This document shows, one piece after another, positions 6,630 to 15,446 of a DNA stretch of 32,000 nt (positions are counted from its first letter, which is position 1; each line of letters starts with the position of its first letter). A model generated the notes under the pieces. The model searched no databases. It saw only the letters and a list, made by a program, of their open reading frames with translations, and was not told the DNA's origin. Both the position numbers and the translations under genes were made by a program. The stretch comes from Ktedonobacterales bacterium. GTDB taxonomy: Bacteria > Chloroflexota > Ktedonobacteria > Ktedonobacterales > JADMIN01. Where the stretch lies: positions 4,290,001 to 4,322,000 of the forward strand of contig CP126532.1 of NCBI GenBank assembly GCA_030167145.1, given 5' to 3'.

Positions 6630-9380
6630 TTAACCCTTCTTTGGCACGCCGACGCAGTTGGGTGGGGAGGAGTATTCCCAGCCGCCGCTATCTGGCTCGA
6701 CAATGCAGGGGATGGAGGCAGGGCCACCGCTGCCAGAGTTGGGCGGTAGGGTGTTTCCCTTGAGGAACCAGTCGGTCGAGGTGACGCCGTTCGAGGTATA
6801 GGTGGCGCGATAGACGCCGGATGGGACGGGGAACTGGATCTTCGGCTGGCCGTTCAGGGCGTAGAGCATGCTGCGATTCCAGATCGGCGCGGCGCCATGC
6901 ACGCCGTCCACGTGAACCATGGGGGAGTGGTCGTTGTTGCCGACCCAGACGCCCATGGTGTAGTTCATGGTGTAGCCCATGGTCCAGTCGTCGGTGAAGT
7001 CGCTGCCGGTACCCGTCTTGGCGGCGGCGGGCCAGGCATTGGGGGACGACCAGTTGTGACGGCGCATCTGAGCGCATTCGTAGCCTGGGTTGTTCGGATC
7101 GTTGTAGGGATCCAGATACAGGAAGCTGCAGCCACCGAAGTCGCCAGCACGTGAGGCGTTGTCGCTGAGGATGTTGGTGATGAGGAAGGCGATGCGCGGG
7201 TCCATCACCTGCACCGGCTGTGGAACGTGGTACTGGAAGAGCACGTTGCCGTTGGAGTCGGTGATCGAGTTGATGGCGTGGAGCGGGATGTATTTGCCAT
7301 AGTTGGCGAAGACGGTGTACGCCTGGACCATGTCAATTGGGTGAACTTCGAGCGTGCCCAAGACGCTGGATAGGACGAGGTCATTGTTCCAATCGCGGAC
7401 GCCCATGCGCTTGAGATTGGTTCCCACGTCTTGAAGTCCCGCGAACTGCATCACCTTGATGGCGGGAATATTGAGGGACCATTGCAGTGCGGTGCGCAGG
7501 GTAATCTCGCCGGCGAACTCGTTCTTGGTGTAGTCCAGGGGCTTGTAGGGCGGAATGCCAGGGCCGATGTAGAAGGCGGTGGGCATATCCGAGATGGTCA
7601 TTGCCGGGAACCAGCCCTTCTCGAAGGCGGTGGCGTAGACGATGGGCTTCATCGAGGAGCCAGGGCCGCGGTAGCCCTGGGTGGCGACATCGAACTGGCC
7701 ATCGAACTTGGTGCTGTTGTAGTTCACGCTGCCCATCAGCACTTTGATGTCGCCATTGTGCTGGTCGGCGAGGACGGCAGCGGCGTTGGTGGCGTGCGCC
7801 TCGCACATGACGTAGCCCGCGTAGCCGGTTTTCTCGCTGCAACTGCTGATGTGTGTCTGGGCAATCTTCTGCACCTGATTTTCCAGGTCGAGGTCGAGGG
7901 TGGTGTAGACGTTGAGGCCGGAGCGCGAGAGATTGAGCTGGCCGTTGCCGACCATCTGCGCCAACTGCTGGATGACGTAGTTGACGAAGTGGGGGGCAAG
8001 GTTGGGGTTCTGGCGAGCGGGGTGGAAGAAATTGGGCTGGCCGGCCTCTTCCCACGCGGCCTCGGCCTGCGCTTTGGTGATGTAGCCGTTGGCGATCATG
8101 GCGTTGAGGACGAGACTCTGGCGCTGGCGCGCGACATCGAAGTGCTTGAGGGGGTCGTTGAGGTCAGGGTTCTGGGGCACACCGGCGAGCATGGAGGCCT
8201 GGGCAAGATCGAGGTGTTGCGCGGCGGTCATGCCGGTGCTGGGGTCGTCGGTGTAGTTGAAGTAGTATTGCGCGGCGGCGTCTATGCCGTAGGCGGTGTC
8301 GCTATAGCCGATGGAGTTGAGGTATAGCTCTAGGATCGCCTGCTTGGAATAGGTGCCCTGAGTGGTGATGCCGATGGAGAGGATGGCCTCGCGGAGCTTA
8401 CGCACGTAGTCGGTTGAGTTATCGTGGAGCAATTGCTGCTTGATAAGCTGCTGGGTGATGGAACTGCCGCCCTGGGTGACGTCGCCCTGCTGATAGTTGG
8501 CGAGCGCCGCGCGGATGATGGAGGTGTAGTCCACGCCGTTGTTGACCCAGAAGTCTTTGTCTTCGATGGCGGTGGTGGCGTTGATGACGGTGATGGGGAT
8601 GTGGGCGATAGAAATGCTATGCTGGAAGCCGTTGTCGCGCAGTTCGTAGAGCAGGGTACCCTTGGAGTCGTAGATGCGCATGCTGTCTTGCGAGGTGACT
8701 TCCTGACGCAGGCCGTTGATCTGCTGTATCTCGGATTGATAGTAGGATGCGGCAGCGCCAAAGGTGGCGGTGGAGACGGTGACGATGAGCAGCAAGAGCA
8801 GGGCGGCGGTGGCCCAGGCGGCGCGCGCAAAGGTGGCGGCGCGAGTGGCCTGTCGGGCGCGTGCGCCGCGCCGCACGAAGAGGGTATAGTGGCGGCGGCG
8901 GCGCTGGAAGCGCCGCGCTTCGGGTGTGAGGGGGATACGGCCAAGCGCGGCGCCAGGCAGCGAGGGAGATGCGGCCACAGCCCAGTCGCCTGCGTCCGCC
9001 ACTGGGAGCGGTGGAGAAAGCGGTGCGACGGCGTCGCTGGCGCCGTTGTGCGCGGCGGCGGTGGCGGAGGCGCCGTCGCTGACGCCGTCGTTGGCGCGCA
9101 CGGAATGTTCGATGACGGTGGGGATCTCGTCGGGCGAGACGGCAGGCTCGATGACGGTGGGTACCTCATCGGGCGACGCGGCAGGTTCATCGGTGGATGG
9201 ACTGCTGTGCGCGTCTGTTTCGTGGCTCGTCTGCGCGGCCAGGTCTTGTGCCTGGTCTTGGTCTTGCGCGTGGTCTTGCGCGTCTTCCCGCCCCTGCTGA
9301 TCGGAGACCGGCTGCGCGTTGTCGTCGCGCTGCTCTGGCTCTTGCGACTCAAAGGACGACGTACTTCCTGTCGTGTCCAC
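6630..9380 (-). CDS. class A penicillin-binding protein (bifunctional GT51 transglycosylase / transpeptidase) with long acidic disordered N-terminus
   Basis: GT51 motifs EDKDFWVNNGVD and GGSSITQQLIKQ are present. Transpeptidase motifs are SxxK (GSSMKP) and KTG (AAKTGTG). A TM anchor (AAWATAALLLLLIVTVSTATFGAA) follows a ~170-aa D/E/Q/P-rich segment. The start is GTG at 9380 with GGAGGG 8 nt upstream. Confidence 0.95.
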   Translation of the reverse strand: MDTTGSTSSFESQEPEQRDDNAQPVSDQQGREDAQDHAQDQDQAQDLAAQTSHETDAHSSPSTDEPAASPDEVPTVIEPAVSPDEIPTVIEHSVRANDGVSDGASATAAAHNGASDAVAPLSPPLPVADAGDWAVAASPSLPGAALGRIPLTPEARRFQRRRRHYTLFVRRGARARQATRAATFARAAWATAALLLLLIVTVSTATFGAAASYYQSEIQQINGLRQEVTSQDSMRIYDSKGTLLYELRDNGFQHSISIAHIPITVINATTAIEDKDFWVNNGVDYTSIIRAALANYQQGDVTQGGSSITQQLIKQQLLHDNSTDYVRKLREAILSIGITTQGTYSKQAILELYLNSIGYSDTAYGIDAAAQYYFNYTDDPSTGMTAAQHLDLAQASMLAGVPQNPDLNDPLKHFDVARQRQSLVLNAMIANGYITKAQAEAAWEEAGQPNFFHPARQNPNLAPHFVNYVIQQLAQMVGNGQLNLSRSGLNVYTTLDLDLENQVQKIAQTHISSCSEKTGYAGYVMCEAHATNAAAVLADQHNGDIKVLMGSVNYNSTKFDGQFDVATQGYRGPGSSMKPIVYATAFEKGWFPAMTISDMPTAFYIGPGIPPYKPLDYTKNEFAGEITLRTALQWSLNIPAIKVMQFAGLQDVGTNLKRMGVRDWNNDLVLSSVLGTLEVHPIDMVQAYTVFANYGKYIPLHAINSITDSNGNVLFQYHVPQPVQVMDPRIAFLITNILSDNASRAGDFGGCSFLYLDPYNDPNNPGYECAQMRRHNWSSPNAWPAAAKTGTGSDFTDDWTMGYTMNYTMGVWVGNNDHSPMVHVDGVHGAAPIWNRSMLYALNGQPKIQFPVPSGVYRATYTSNGVTSTDWFLKGNTLPPNSGSGGPASIPCIVEPDSGGWEYSSPPNCVGVPKKG

Positions 9381-9783
9381 GACTGCTGCCCTCCATAAAT
9401 GATTCCGCGCTGCTACGCAATTTTACGTGACTCCACTGTGTACTATGACGATGGAGTGGCGAAGAATCGCGCAGAAAGTAGTAGGATTGGTATGCTTTGC
9501 TGGCTCAGCCCCGCACACCATCCAACCGAATACAACGCGCCAGCCTGTGCAAAAGTTTCCGGGAAGCGACCTTTGGATAGCACACGTGCGCGCATGAGAC
9601 ATTCCGCACGACGCATGCCGACCCGCCAGGATGCCGCATGGAGTAGAACGTTCCAGCGCGTCATCGGTACCGGACTTCTAGGATACACCTACCTGTCACG
9701 CGGGGCTGTGAGCAGATTCACAGCACGCGGGAGTGATGGGCGGTTTGCCGCAGCGTGCGGATGCCGGTACAATGGGCGATGGG

Positions 9784-9843
9784 GCGGGCGGTTGAAACCG
9801 CGCCTGGATGGCGTGCCGCCACGAAACCCGCCTGCGCGGGTTT
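9784..9843 (+). repeat. structured intergenic repeat, family 2 copy (GCGGGCGGTTGAAACCGCGCCTGGATGGC...AAACCCGCCTGCGCGGGTTT)
   Basis: A ~60-nt element that aligns by eye with only a few mismatches to 12859..12917, in the same orientation. It ends in a perfect 8-bp hairpin AAACCCGC-ctgc-GCGGGTTT (9824..9843). Confidence 0.75.
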
Positions 9844-10042
9844 GACAGCGAGCGCGCAACCTGTGTCTTATCATCGCAGCATGGGGGCGATATGTCCGCA
9901 GGCGTTTGTAAATATTCTGTAACGATGGGTGTGGCGCGCAATGAGCGTTTGGTCGGGCGCGGGTGATGGCTACGCCGACGAGTACGATTGGGCAACAATG
10001 ATAGTGGGCGAATGAGTCAGGCGTGAGTAGGCTGGAGTAGGA

Positions 10043-11608
10043 ATGAGCAATCTGGTGAGTGTTCGTAAGGCGCAGATGTTTCGAGGCAATACGGCTGTGC
10101 CGCGCTGGCTGGGGGCGACGGTGGGGTGTGTGCTGGTGTGGGCGGTGTTGCTGGCGCTGCCGAGGAATGCGGGCACGGAGTTGCTGGCGGGGCTGGCGGT
10201 GGTGGTGGCGGCGGGGGTCTCGCCGCTGGCAGGGCTGTGTCTGATTCCGTGGTCTGCCGCGTTTGGGAGCCTATTTACGGTGACGCTGCACGGCTTTAAT
10301 GTGTCGCCAACGGAGTTGTTGATTGCGGGGCTGGTGGTGTCGTGTGGGGTGCGGTGGCTACGCGAGCAGGGAGGTGTGCGCGATGCGGTGGCGGGAATCC
10401 AGTGGCGGACGCTGCCGGAGCGGGTATGGGTGGCAATGCGGACGCACCGGCTGTATGCGGCTGTTTTCGGGACGTTGTTGCTGTATTTGGGGGTGATCGT
10501 GCTGTCGCTGTTGGTGGCGAGCGATCGTGCGGCGACGGTGAAGGAGATCATCAAGTGGGCTGAGGTGGTGGTGGCGTTGGCGCTGGGGGTGTGGGTGCTG
10601 AGAAGGAGCGCGGCGCGGGTGCGGATCGTCGCGTGGGCGATGATTGCGGCGGGGGTGGCGGAGGCGCTGGTGGGCTACGCGCAGTGGGCGCTCTCGCCGG
10701 GGGGAGCATCGAGCGCGGAGGCTGGGCGAGTGTTTGGCACGTTCGGCCAGCCGAACCCGTATGCGGGCTACTTGAATCTTTCGCTGCCCATTGCGCTGGC
10801 GCTGGCGCTGTTCGGCGAGGATGCGCGCGAGCGGTGGGTGGCGGGGGCGGCGAGCGTGCTGCTGCTGGGCAGCGAGTTTTTCTCGGCGTCGCGCGGCGGT
10901 GAGATCGGGCTGGCGGCGGCGTTGGTGGTGTTGCTGGCGGTGGGGCTGCGGCGCGAGTGTGTGGTGGCTCTCGTGGGGGGAGTGGGGGTCGCGGTAGTGG
11001 CGATTGGGGTGGGGACGCATCTGATACCGCAGTCCGTGGTGGATGCGGCGCTGCGGCCACTGCGGCTGAACGGTATTTCGCTGGACGCGCCGGTGACGAA
11101 CGCGAACTTCTCGACGATGGAGCGGCTGGCGCACTGGGTGGCGGGACTGCGGATGTTCCGGGCGCACCCGCTGCTGGGGGTGGGGGCGGGGAACTATGAC
11201 GCGGCGTATGCGCAGTTTGCGACGAATCTGAGCGTGTGGCCGGAGAGCCTGGGGCACGCGCACAACTATTACATCAATGTGGCTGCGGAGACGGGGGCGC
11301 TGGGGTTACTGGCGTTTCTGGCGGCGAGTGGGGCGATGCTGTGGCTGGGCTGGCGGGCGACGAGGGCGACGAGGGCGTCCACCGGACGCCCCTACGGAGG
11401 GGTGGCGGCGGGTGACGCGGGCGCGGGCATGGGGATGGGCGCGGGAGTGCCGGTGCGGGCGCTGGCGCTGGGGCTGTTCGCGGCGCTGGTGGCACTGATG
11501 GTACACAATCTGACGGATAATCTGTTTGTACACGATATGGAGACGCAGGTGGCGCTGTGCGTCGTATGCTTGCTGTGTCTGGCGGGCTATGGGCACGACG
11601 GGATGTGA
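10043..11608 (+). CDS. O-antigen ligase-like (Wzy_C/RfaL family) polytopic membrane protein
   Basis: A 521-aa, highly hydrophobic multi-TM protein. It has the family-typical loop motifs FFSASRGGEIGLAAALVVL and GHAHNYYINVAAETGALGLLAF. Confidence 0.8.
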   Translation: MSNLVSVRKAQMFRGNTAVPRWLGATVGCVLVWAVLLALPRNAGTELLAGLAVVVAAGVSPLAGLCLIPWSAAFGSLFTVTLHGFNVSPTELLIAGLVVSCGVRWLREQGGVRDAVAGIQWRTLPERVWVAMRTHRLYAAVFGTLLLYLGVIVLSLLVASDRAATVKEIIKWAEVVVALALGVWVLRRSAARVRIVAWAMIAAGVAEALVGYAQWALSPGGASSAEAGRVFGTFGQPNPYAGYLNLSLPIALALALFGEDARERWVAGAASVLLLGSEFFSASRGGEIGLAAALVVLLAVGLRRECVVALVGGVGVAVVAIGVGTHLIPQSVVDAALRPLRLNGISLDAPVTNANFSTMERLAHWVAGLRMFRAHPLLGVGAGNYDAAYAQFATNLSVWPESLGHAHNYYINVAAETGALGLLAFLAASGAMLWLGWRATRATRASTGRPYGGVAAGDAGAGMGMGAGVPVRALALGLFAALVALMVHNLTDNLFVHDMETQVALCVVCLLCLAGYGHDGM

Positions 11609-11679
11609 GTGGGGTGTGCTATGCTGTGCGAGGCGCTCAGCCGTAGATCACGATCAGCAGCGAGGTGGGGTTCACCATC

Positions 11680-12846
11680 ATGCGAGTAGCTTTTAACGCA
11701 CTCTTTCTTCAGGAGCCGCGAACGGGAACGGGGCGGTATACCTATAATCTGCTGCAATCGTTGGGACGTGTGGATGGTGTGAATGAGTATGAGGTGCTGA
11801 GTCCGAGGACGCCGGAGGTGGCGCCGGAGACGCCGTCGAGCTTCCATTGGGATACACCGCCGGTGGGAAAGCTCAACCGTGGTGGGGAGAATATCGAGAA
11901 GGTCGTGTGGGAGCAGCGCGGTTTTCCGATGGCGGCGAAGCGGAGTGGCGCGCGGGTGATGCATGTGCCGCATTTCGCGCCGCCGCTGCGCGCGTATGGG
12001 ATTCCGGTGATCGTGACGGTGCATGACGTGATTAATTTGCGGCTGCCGCTGTACCGGGCGTCGCCACAGGCACGGGTGTATAGCCGGTTCGTGACGTGGG
12101 GAGCGAAACGCGCGACGCTGCTGGTGGCGGTGTCGGAGCACGCGAAGTGCGACATCATCGAACTGCTGGGGGTGAGCGAGGAGCGGATACGGGTGATTCG
12201 CGAGGCGCCCGCCGGGCAGTACCGCCCGGTGCAGGATGCCACGCGGCTGCGCGAGGTGCGCGAGAAGTACGATCTGGGCGAGCGCTACGTGCTGAACGTG
12301 GGCGGGCTGGATCAGCGCAAGAATATCGCGGGGCTGATCGGCGCGTTCGCGGCTGTGTATCACGAGATAGGCGATGCGGATCTGCAACTGTTCATCGCGG
12401 GGAATCAGAAATTGCTGGGCAGCGGTCCGCTGTTCCCGGACTGGCGTCCACTGGCGGTGACGTTCGGGGTGGCGAACCAGATACGCTGCGAGCCGGTGGA
12501 TGAGGCTGATCTGCCCGCGTTGTATAGCGGCGCGGCATGCTTCGCTTTCACGTCGCTGTACGAAGGCTTCGGGCTAACGCCGCTGGAGGCGATGGCCTGC
12601 GGGACGCCGGTGGTGTGCTCGGATCGCACGTCGCTGCCGGAGGTGGTGGGCAGCGCGGGGCTGCTGGCCGATCCGGCGGATGTGGACGGCTTCAGCGCGG
12701 CGATGCTGCGGGTGCTGACATCGGCTGAGACGTATGCTGATCTGCGAGCGCGTGGGCTGGCACGGGTGAAGCAGTTCAATTGGGATCAGGTGGCGGTGGA
12801 GACGAGCGCTCTCTACGCCGAAGTGACGGGCACGAAGCGGGACTAG
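11680..12846 (+). CDS. glycosyltransferase family 4 (GT-B fold)
   Basis: The C-terminal GT4 signature is FAFTSLYEGFGLTPLEAMACGTPVVCSDRTSLPEVVG. The N-terminus MRVAFNALFLQEPRTGTGRY is typical of the family. I chose ATG 11680 because GAGGTG lies about 10 nt upstream, rather than GTG 11665. Confidence 0.9.
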   Translation: MRVAFNALFLQEPRTGTGRYTYNLLQSLGRVDGVNEYEVLSPRTPEVAPETPSSFHWDTPPVGKLNRGGENIEKVVWEQRGFPMAAKRSGARVMHVPHFAPPLRAYGIPVIVTVHDVINLRLPLYRASPQARVYSRFVTWGAKRATLLVAVSEHAKCDIIELLGVSEERIRVIREAPAGQYRPVQDATRLREVREKYDLGERYVLNVGGLDQRKNIAGLIGAFAAVYHEIGDADLQLFIAGNQKLLGSGPLFPDWRPLAVTFGVANQIRCEPVDEADLPALYSGAACFAFTSLYEGFGLTPLEAMACGTPVVCSDRTSLPEVVGSAGLLADPADVDGFSAAMLRVLTSAETYADLRARGLARVKQFNWDQVAVETSALYAEVTGTKRD

Positions 12847-12858
12847 CGAGCGAGAGGA

Positions 12859-12917
12859 GCGGGCGGTTGAAACCGCGCCTGGATGGCCTCCGGCCGCAAA
12901 ACCCGCCTACGCGGGTT
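12859..12917 (+). repeat. structured intergenic repeat, family 2 copy, immediately downstream of the first GT4 gene
   Basis: The sequence is GCGGGCGGTTGAAACCGCGCCTGGATGGCCTCCGGCCGCAAAACCCGCCTACGCGGGTT. It is a near-identical head and tail match to 9784..9843, with a terminal hairpin AACCCGC-ctac-GCGGGTT. Confidence 0.75.
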
Positions 12918-13045
12918 GGGAGCGGGGATGTCAACGCTAATTGGCTCTGCGGCATGAAATGCCGCGGGTAATCCAGCCGCGACACGGGCGACGGACAGAA
13001 CAACGACGCGATAGATGATGATAGGAGAGGAGCGGAGCCAGAGGC

Positions 13046-14161
13046 ATGCGTGTGGTCATCGTTTCCAAGACGTTCGTCGCGGATACCGCGCAGCGGCAGC
13101 TTGAGTGGCTGGCGCGGATGCCTGGCATCGAGTTGACGCTGATTACGCCGCCGGAGTGGCGCTCGGATGATGGGCGGCTGCTGCCGTTCACGCCGCGCTT
13201 CGTGAAGGGCTACGAGGTGCGACAACTGCCGGTATGGTTCAATGGCCACTATCACTTCTATCTGTATCGTGGTCTGCGGCGGGCGATTCGCGAATTACGC
13301 CCGGAGATCGTGCATATTGACGAGGAGCCGTACAATCCGGCGGGGATGCAGGCGCAGCGGGCGGCGGACGCGGTGGGCGCGCGGTCGGTCTTCGTGGCGT
13401 GGCAGAACATCGCAAGAAGCTATCCAGCGCCGTTCGCGCGGATGGAGCAGTTTAACTATCAGCATACGGCGCATGTCATTGCGGGGAATGCCGCCGCTGG
13501 CGAGGTGGTGCGAGCGAAGGGTTACGCGGGGCCGCTGTCAGTGTTCTCGGTGCATGGGGTGGACCCGGAGATTTATCATCCGCAGCCGCATACGCGCCAT
13601 GATGACGAGTTTGTGATCGGCTATATCGGTCGGCTGGTGCTGTATAAGGGCGTGGGGCTGCTGATCGAGGCGTTGCGGGATCTACCGCCGCGCTGCACGC
13701 TGCATCTGCTGGGCAGCGGACCAGATGAGGCGGGGCTGCGGAAGATGGCGGCGGAGCAGGGTGTGGCGGAGCGGGTGCGTTTTCTGCCGGCGGTGCCCGC
13801 GACGGAGGTGCCGGGGGCGCTGGCGGGGATGGATGTGCTGGCGCTGCCGTCGCTGACGCAGGCAAACTGGAAAGAGCAGTTTGGGCGGGTGCTGGTGGAG
13901 GCGATGGCCTGCGAAGTGGCGGTGGTGGGGTCGGATTCGGGGGAGATTCCGCGGGTGATTGGCGATGCGGGGTTGATCGTGCCGGAGGGGGATGCGCAGG
14001 CGCTAGGCGCGGCGCTGCGGCGGCTGGCGGATGATGCGGGGCTGCGGCGGATGTATGCGGGGCGCGGGCGCGAGCGTGTGCTGGAGCAGGCGACGCAGGA
14101 GCAGGTGGCGCGCAAAATCGCGGGGGTGTATGGTGAGGTGATGGCGGCGGCGGCGAAGTGA
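13046..14161 (+). CDS. glycosyltransferase family 4 (GT-B fold)
   Basis: A 371-aa ORF. It has the motifs VIGYIGRLVLYKGVGLLIEA and LPSLTQANWKEQFGRVLVEAMACEVAVVGSDSGEIPRVIGDAG (the E-x7-E region). Confidence 0.9.
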   Translation: MRVVIVSKTFVADTAQRQLEWLARMPGIELTLITPPEWRSDDGRLLPFTPRFVKGYEVRQLPVWFNGHYHFYLYRGLRRAIRELRPEIVHIDEEPYNPAGMQAQRAADAVGARSVFVAWQNIARSYPAPFARMEQFNYQHTAHVIAGNAAAGEVVRAKGYAGPLSVFSVHGVDPEIYHPQPHTRHDDEFVIGYIGRLVLYKGVGLLIEALRDLPPRCTLHLLGSGPDEAGLRKMAAEQGVAERVRFLPAVPATEVPGALAGMDVLALPSLTQANWKEQFGRVLVEAMACEVAVVGSDSGEIPRVIGDAGLIVPEGDAQALGAALRRLADDAGLRRMYAGRGRERVLEQATQEQVARKIAGVYGEVMAAAAK

Positions 14162-14186
14162 GGGCGAGTAAGGAGGCCAGTTGCCG

Positions 14187-15044
14187 ATGTCTGCTCTTCG
14201 TCTCAAGCCGGATGACGCGGTAGATTTGCATATTCATACGATGTATAGCGATGGGCACTGGCAGCCAGTGGAGTTGTTCGGCTATCTGGCGGGCGCGGGG
14301 TTTCGGCTGGTGGCGGTGACGGACCACGACCGGGTGGACCGGCTTGCGGAGATGCGGGCGCTGGGGGAGTCGCGGGGGATTGTGGTGCTGCCGGGGGTGG
14401 AGATGACGACGAACTGGCAGGGCAAGACGCTGCATCTGCTGTGCTATGGCGGGGATCTCGCGGGGGGTGCGCTGGCGCGGATGGCTGAGGCGACGGTGGA
14501 GGGGATGCGCGAGAATACACGCGAGGTGTATGCAGAGCTTGAGCGGCGCGGCTACATCTTTGGGCGGCGGGAAGAGGTGTTGGCGGGGCAGGGTGGGCAG
14601 GCGCTGCGCCCGGTAGATAACGCGCGGCTGCTGCTGGCGCATGGGCATGTGGCGACGATGGCTGAGGCGCTGGTGTTGATTGCGGATGCGGGGTATCGCA
14701 TCGTCTCGGCGCCAGTGGCGGATGCGGTGGCGGCGGCGCAGGCGGTGGGGGCGGTGGCGCTGGTGGCGCATCCGGGGCGGCAGGATGGTGAGATTCCACG
14801 ACACACGCCGGGGGAACTGGCGGAGATGCTGGCTAGCGCGCCGTTCGATGGGGTGGAGGCGTATTATCCGCTTCACAGCGCGGAGCAGGTGAAGGCGTAT
14901 GAGGGATTCGCTCATGAGCGGGGGCTGCTGGTGAGCGCTGGCTCGGACTCGCATGGTCCACGGCAGCGGCTGCCCATTGCGTACCGGGCGGGAATGGTGG
15001 CGGCGCTGCTGGGGCGCTGCGGTGTTGAGGTGGAGGGAACCTAA
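14187..15044 (+). CDS. PHP-domain metal-dependent phosphoesterase (TrpH/YciV-like)
   Basis: The N-terminal PHP motif is VDLHIHTMYSDGHWQPVELF...VAVTDHD, and later residues are LVAHPGR and SAGSDSHG. AAGGAGG at 14170-14176 favours ATG 14187 over TTG 14181. Confidence 0.85.
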   Translation: MSALRLKPDDAVDLHIHTMYSDGHWQPVELFGYLAGAGFRLVAVTDHDRVDRLAEMRALGESRGIVVLPGVEMTTNWQGKTLHLLCYGGDLAGGALARMAEATVEGMRENTREVYAELERRGYIFGRREEVLAGQGGQALRPVDNARLLLAHGHVATMAEALVLIADAGYRIVSAPVADAVAAAQAVGAVALVAHPGRQDGEIPRHTPGELAEMLASAPFDGVEAYYPLHSAEQVKAYEGFAHERGLLVSAGSDSHGPRQRLPIAYRAGMVAALLGRCGVEVEGT

Positions 15045-15117
15045 CCCCCGGCCCCTTCCCTAAGAGGGAAGGGGAGCAGGCCGCGCCGTGTGCGGACCCA
15101 ATGAGGGAAGGGGAGCC
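15040..15117 (+). repeat. structured intergenic repeat, family 1 copy, overlapping the PHP gene stop codon
   Basis: The sequence is CCTAACCCCCGGCCCCTTCCCTAAGAGGGAAGGGGAGC...AATGAGGGAAGGGGAGCC. It contains a perfect 9-bp hairpin CCCCTTCCC-taaga-GGGAAGGGG (15052..15074). It shares its head and core with 4731..4861 (opposite strand). Confidence 0.7.
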
Positions 15118-15254
15118 AGTACACCACCACGTGGCGCGGTTCGGCGGCGCTCGCGCAGGGAGACGAGTCCGTTTCCGCAACCTGTTTGCCTGCTTGTCGA
15201 AAACGCAGCCAGTACCAGCGTCCTAGCCCCTATGGTGTATCAACAGGTCGAAAT

Positions 15255-15295
15255 ATTGTTTTAGATGGATTGTTCTAGATATATGTTCTAGGAGA
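15255..15295 (+). repeat. three imperfect direct repeats ATTGTTYTAGAT spaced 13-14 bp in an AT-rich intergenic patch
   Basis: The copies are attgttttagatg (15255-15267), attgttctagata (15269-15281) and atgttctaggaga (15283-15295). They lie about 150-190 nt upstream of the S51 peptidase start. Confidence 0.6.
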
Positions 15296-15446
15296 CGTGG
15301 GCCGCCCCTCGTGGCTCTCGTCTCTCGGCCTGGCGGAGTCGTCTGGACACGTCTGTCGCTTCCCACTGGTTGCTCCAGCGTGGGTACTCTACTCAAGCGG
15401 GAAGCGGAGACCGTTGGCCCTGAGTGCAGTGACGAGGAGAGGTATA

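Noticed and set aside
9399-9845. A 148-aa plus-strand ORF filling the PBP / O-antigen-ligase intergenic region.
   Set aside because: It reads through the family-2 repeat (translating it as GRLKPRLDGVPPRNPPARV). It has no SD and has an odd composition. It is most likely non-coding.
13476-14954. A 492-aa minus-strand ORF. Similar long ORFs are 17487..18701, 8330..9352, 10358..11263, 965..1789 and 16521..17450.
   Set aside because: All are Pro/Arg/Ala/His-rich antisense or off-frame shadows of genes with recognisable family motifs (GT4, PHP, CoA-transferase, PBP, O-antigen ligase, ADH, GNAT).
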